NCBI GenBank assembly: GCA_035390665.1 | Contig: DAOOUC010000020.1 | Span: forward strand, 1 to 6,758 | Length of the DNA: 6,758 nt | From: an archaeon | GTDB lineage: Archaea > Iainarchaeota > Iainarchaeia > Iainarchaeales > CSSED10-239 | Reading direction: 5' to 3' | Shown: piece by piece, positions 4,943-6,758 of the stretch | How the letters are laid out: every line of letters starts with the position of its first letter | How positions within the stretch are numbered: the first letter of the stretch is position 1 | Made by a program: the position numbers and the translations under genes | Notes under the pieces: model-generated | Databases searched by the model: none | What the model was told of the DNA's origin: nothing | Seen by the model: only the letters and a program-made list of their open reading frames with translations

Positions 4943-5971
4943 ATGATAAAAATATGTTTTATAGGCCCAGAATCTCCACATTTAGATAGATGGATTAATT
5001 ATTTTAAAAATATCAAAGATTTTAAAGTAATTTATATTAAATATCCTAAATATAAGAATATTTTTCAATATTTGTGGGATATATTAAGAGTGTGTTTTAA
5101 ATATCTTAAGATAAAGAAAGAAGTTAATATATTTAATATTCATTATTTAGGAAATTTTGCATTTTTTTTATCTTTATTTTCAAATAAAAATGTGATTTTT
5201 ACGGCATGGGGTTCTGATATTTTAATTGCTCCTAAAAATAAATTTCGCCGATCAATGTTAAAACAAACATTAAAAAAGGCAGAAATAATAACTAGCGATA
5301 CGGAAAAATTATTGCATATATTAAATGAAAAATACAATATTTCTCAGGATAAATTAAAATTAGTTCGTTTCGGCACAAATACAAATAAATGGAAAAAATT
5401 GAATTGTTCTGCTGATTCTAAATTTGGAATAACGGTTGTGAGTTTAAGAAATTTAGAACCGATATACGATATAAATACACTAATATTAGCGGCAAATGAA
5501 GTTGTTAAAGAAAATAAAAACGTTGGTTTCTATATATATGGAGATGGTTCAGAAAGACAAAATTTAGAAAAACAAATTATTGATTTGAAATTACAAAAAA
5601 ATGTATTTCTACTAGGACGATATACTGAAGATCAAATAATAAAAAAATTAGCGAATACAGATTTATATGTTTCTACCTCTAAATCAGATGGGGGATTAGC
5701 AGCAAGTACTGCTGAAGCTATGGCTTGCGAAGTTATTCCAATAGTTACTGATTTTGGAGACAATAATTACTGGGTTACTAAAAATAATGGTTTTTTATTT
5801 AAAATAGGGGATTATAAAAGATTATCGGAACATATTATTAATTACAGTAATAATAAACAAAAATACAAATTATATGGTAAAAAATCAAGAGAAAAAATTG
5901 TTAATGAATTATCATATATTAAAGAAATGCAAAAATTAGAAAAACTTTTTAAAGAGGTAAAAAATGAGTAA
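4943..5971 (+). CDS. GT-B fold glycosyltransferase, group 1 / GT4-like
   Basis: 342 aa. The C-terminal domain block LYVSTSKSDGGLAASTAEAMACEVIPIVTDFG resembles the GT4 nucleotide-sugar-binding (EX7E-type) region. The N-terminal domain has FTAWGSDIL. Sugar specificity is not inferable. Confidence 0.8.
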   Translation: MIKICFIGPESPHLDRWINYFKNIKDFKVIYIKYPKYKNIFQYLWDILRVCFKYLKIKKEVNIFNIHYLGNFAFFLSLFSNKNVIFTAWGSDILIAPKNKFRRSMLKQTLKKAEIITSDTEKLLHILNEKYNISQDKLKLVRFGTNTNKWKKLNCSADSKFGITVVSLRNLEPIYDINTLILAANEVVKENKNVGFYIYGDGSERQNLEKQIIDLKLQKNVFLLGRYTEDQIIKKLANTDLYVSTSKSDGGLAASTAEAMACEVIPIVTDFGDNNYWVTKNNGFLFKIGDYKRLSEHIINYSNNKQKYKLYGKKSREKIVNELSYIKEMQKLEKLFKEVKNE

Positions 5972-6758
5972 AATATTAGTTACTGGCGGAGCTGGTTTTG
6001 TTGGTTCGAACTTATCTGAAAGATTGGTAGAGGACGGCCATGATGTAATTGTCTTAGATGATTTATCTAAAGGAACTAGAGAAAACATAAGACATTTATT
6101 AGATAAGAAAAATTTTAAGTTGATAGAAGCAGACATTACAGATAAACAATTATATCTTAAATTGCCAAGAGACATAGATGTGATATTTCATCTTGCAGCA
6201 ATAATAAATGTTGACGAATCCTATTATAATCCAGAAAGAACTTATGAAGTAAATGTAATAGGTACCCAGAATTTATTAAATTTTGCAAGAGATTATAATA
6301 TAAAAAAATTCATTTATGCTTCAAGTTCAGAAGTTTATGGTTCGTGTGTAGATAATAAACCAATGTCTGAAGAGCACCCATTAAATCCTCCACACAATTA
6401 TGGAGTTAGTAAACTTGCTGCGGACAGAATGTGCTTTGCATATAGTATTTCTTATCATATGGATGTAAGAGTTGTAAGGAGTTTTAATTTATATGGTCCA
6501 AAACAAAGTAAAGAAATATATGGTGGAGTAATTGCTAAGTTTTCTGATAAAATATTATCTGGAAGATCACCAGTAATTTTTGGTAATGGAAATCAAACAA
6601 GAGATTATTTATATGTTAAGGACATTGTCGAAGCATATGTTTTAGTTATGAATTATGAAGGGAAATTAAACGAACCGCTTAATTTTGGTACAGGTAAAGA
6701 TTATTCTATAAAATACATTGCAGAAAAACTAATAGAACTTTATGGTAAAAAAGATACT
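5964..6758 (+). CDS. NAD-dependent epimerase/dehydratase (extended SDR), 3'-partial, runs off the window
   Basis: Not in the supplied ORF track. My manual translation from ATG 5964 gives 265 codons with no stop up to the window edge, beginning MSKILVTGGAGFVGSNL. It contains SSSEVYG and the catalytic YGVSK (Y at 6399-6401, K at 6411-6413). GAGGT lies 5 nt upstream as an SD. The start overlaps the GT4 stop in ATGAGTAA. Confidence 0.9.
   Translation, partial: MSKILVTGGAGFVGSNLSERLVEDGHDVIVLDDLSKGTRENIRHLLDKKNFKLIEADITDKQLYLKLPRDIDVIFHLAAIINVDESYYNPERTYEVNVIGTQNLLNFARDYNIKKFIYASSSEVYGSCVDNKPMSEEHPLNPPHNYGVSKLAADRMCFAYSISYHMDVRVVRSFNLYGPKQSKEIYGGVIAKFSDKILSGRSPVIFGNGNQTRDYLYVKDIVEAYVLVMNYEGKLNEPLNFGTGKDYSIKYIAEKLIELYGKKDT

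Noticed and set aside
5143-5337. 64-aa ORF on the minus strand inside the GT4 gene
   Set aside because: It lies entirely antisense to a well-supported glycosyltransferase and has a low-complexity hydrophobic sequence. This looks like a shadow ORF.
5687-5716. Variant EX7E motif in the GT4 enzyme (SDGGLAASTAE: Asp instead of the first Glu, with one extra residue of spacing) as a sign of inactivity
   Set aside because: The alignment is by eye only, and this motif is variable across GT4 members. That is not enough to call the enzyme degenerate.
5936-6175. 79-aa ORF on the minus strand
   Set aside because: It is antisense to the Rossmann-fold N-terminus of the SDR gene; its KPAPPVTN stretch is simply the reverse complement of VTGGAGFVG. 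The real gene here is the open-ended + strand ORF.
1-6758. CRISPR arrays, IS elements or transposase genes, integrases, toxin-antitoxin or known defence-system genes, rRNA/tRNA genes
   Set aside because: I found no spaced direct repeats, no terminal inverted repeats flanking an ORF, and no ORF with nuclease, integrase or transposase motifs. About 97% of the window is taken up by the nine genes described.
1-6758. Alternative genetic code (TGA read as sense, as in some ultra-small bacteria or mycoplasmas)
   Set aside because: Five of the eight complete genes end in TGA at positions that give family-typical protein lengths, several inside ATGA overlaps. No in-frame TGA is needed to complete any gene.

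Overview
A very A+T-rich (about 70% by eye, not computed), almost gap-free window with nine protein-coding genes and no RNA genes, CRISPR arrays or recognisable transposons. The core is a lipid-linked glycan assembly locus arranged as two divergent operons around a 90-bp intergenic region (2465-2554). The minus-strand operon is galE (UDP-hexose 4-epimerase), a GtrA-family small membrane protein, then nth (endonuclease III). The plus-strand operon is a Wzx/MOP-type flippase, an Alg14-like protein, an Alg13-like protein, a GT-B (GT4/group 1) glycosyltransferase and an extended-SDR epimerase/dehydratase. That last gene runs off the 3' edge and is missing from the supplied ORF track. Neighbouring genes are joined by ATGA or ATGA[A/G]TAA start/stop overlaps. 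The left end holds a weak terminator-like hairpin, an odd G+C-rich island with a perfect 12-bp palindrome, and a short Bro-N-like gene that looks C-terminally truncated and ends 4 nt from the convergent nth stop. TGA, TAA and TAG all act as stops, so the standard code fits. The host cannot be fixed from sequence alone; compactness, composition and the endonuclease III type fit a small-genome archaeon (DPANN-like or methanogen-like) or an ultra-small bacterium. I see no clear novel defence or toxin system. The most noteworthy items are the split Alg14/Alg13 pair without a membrane anchor, the GC island with the truncated Bro-N remnant, and the duplicated promoter-like repeat. All family assignments come from motif recognition by eye and need HMM or BLAST confirmation.
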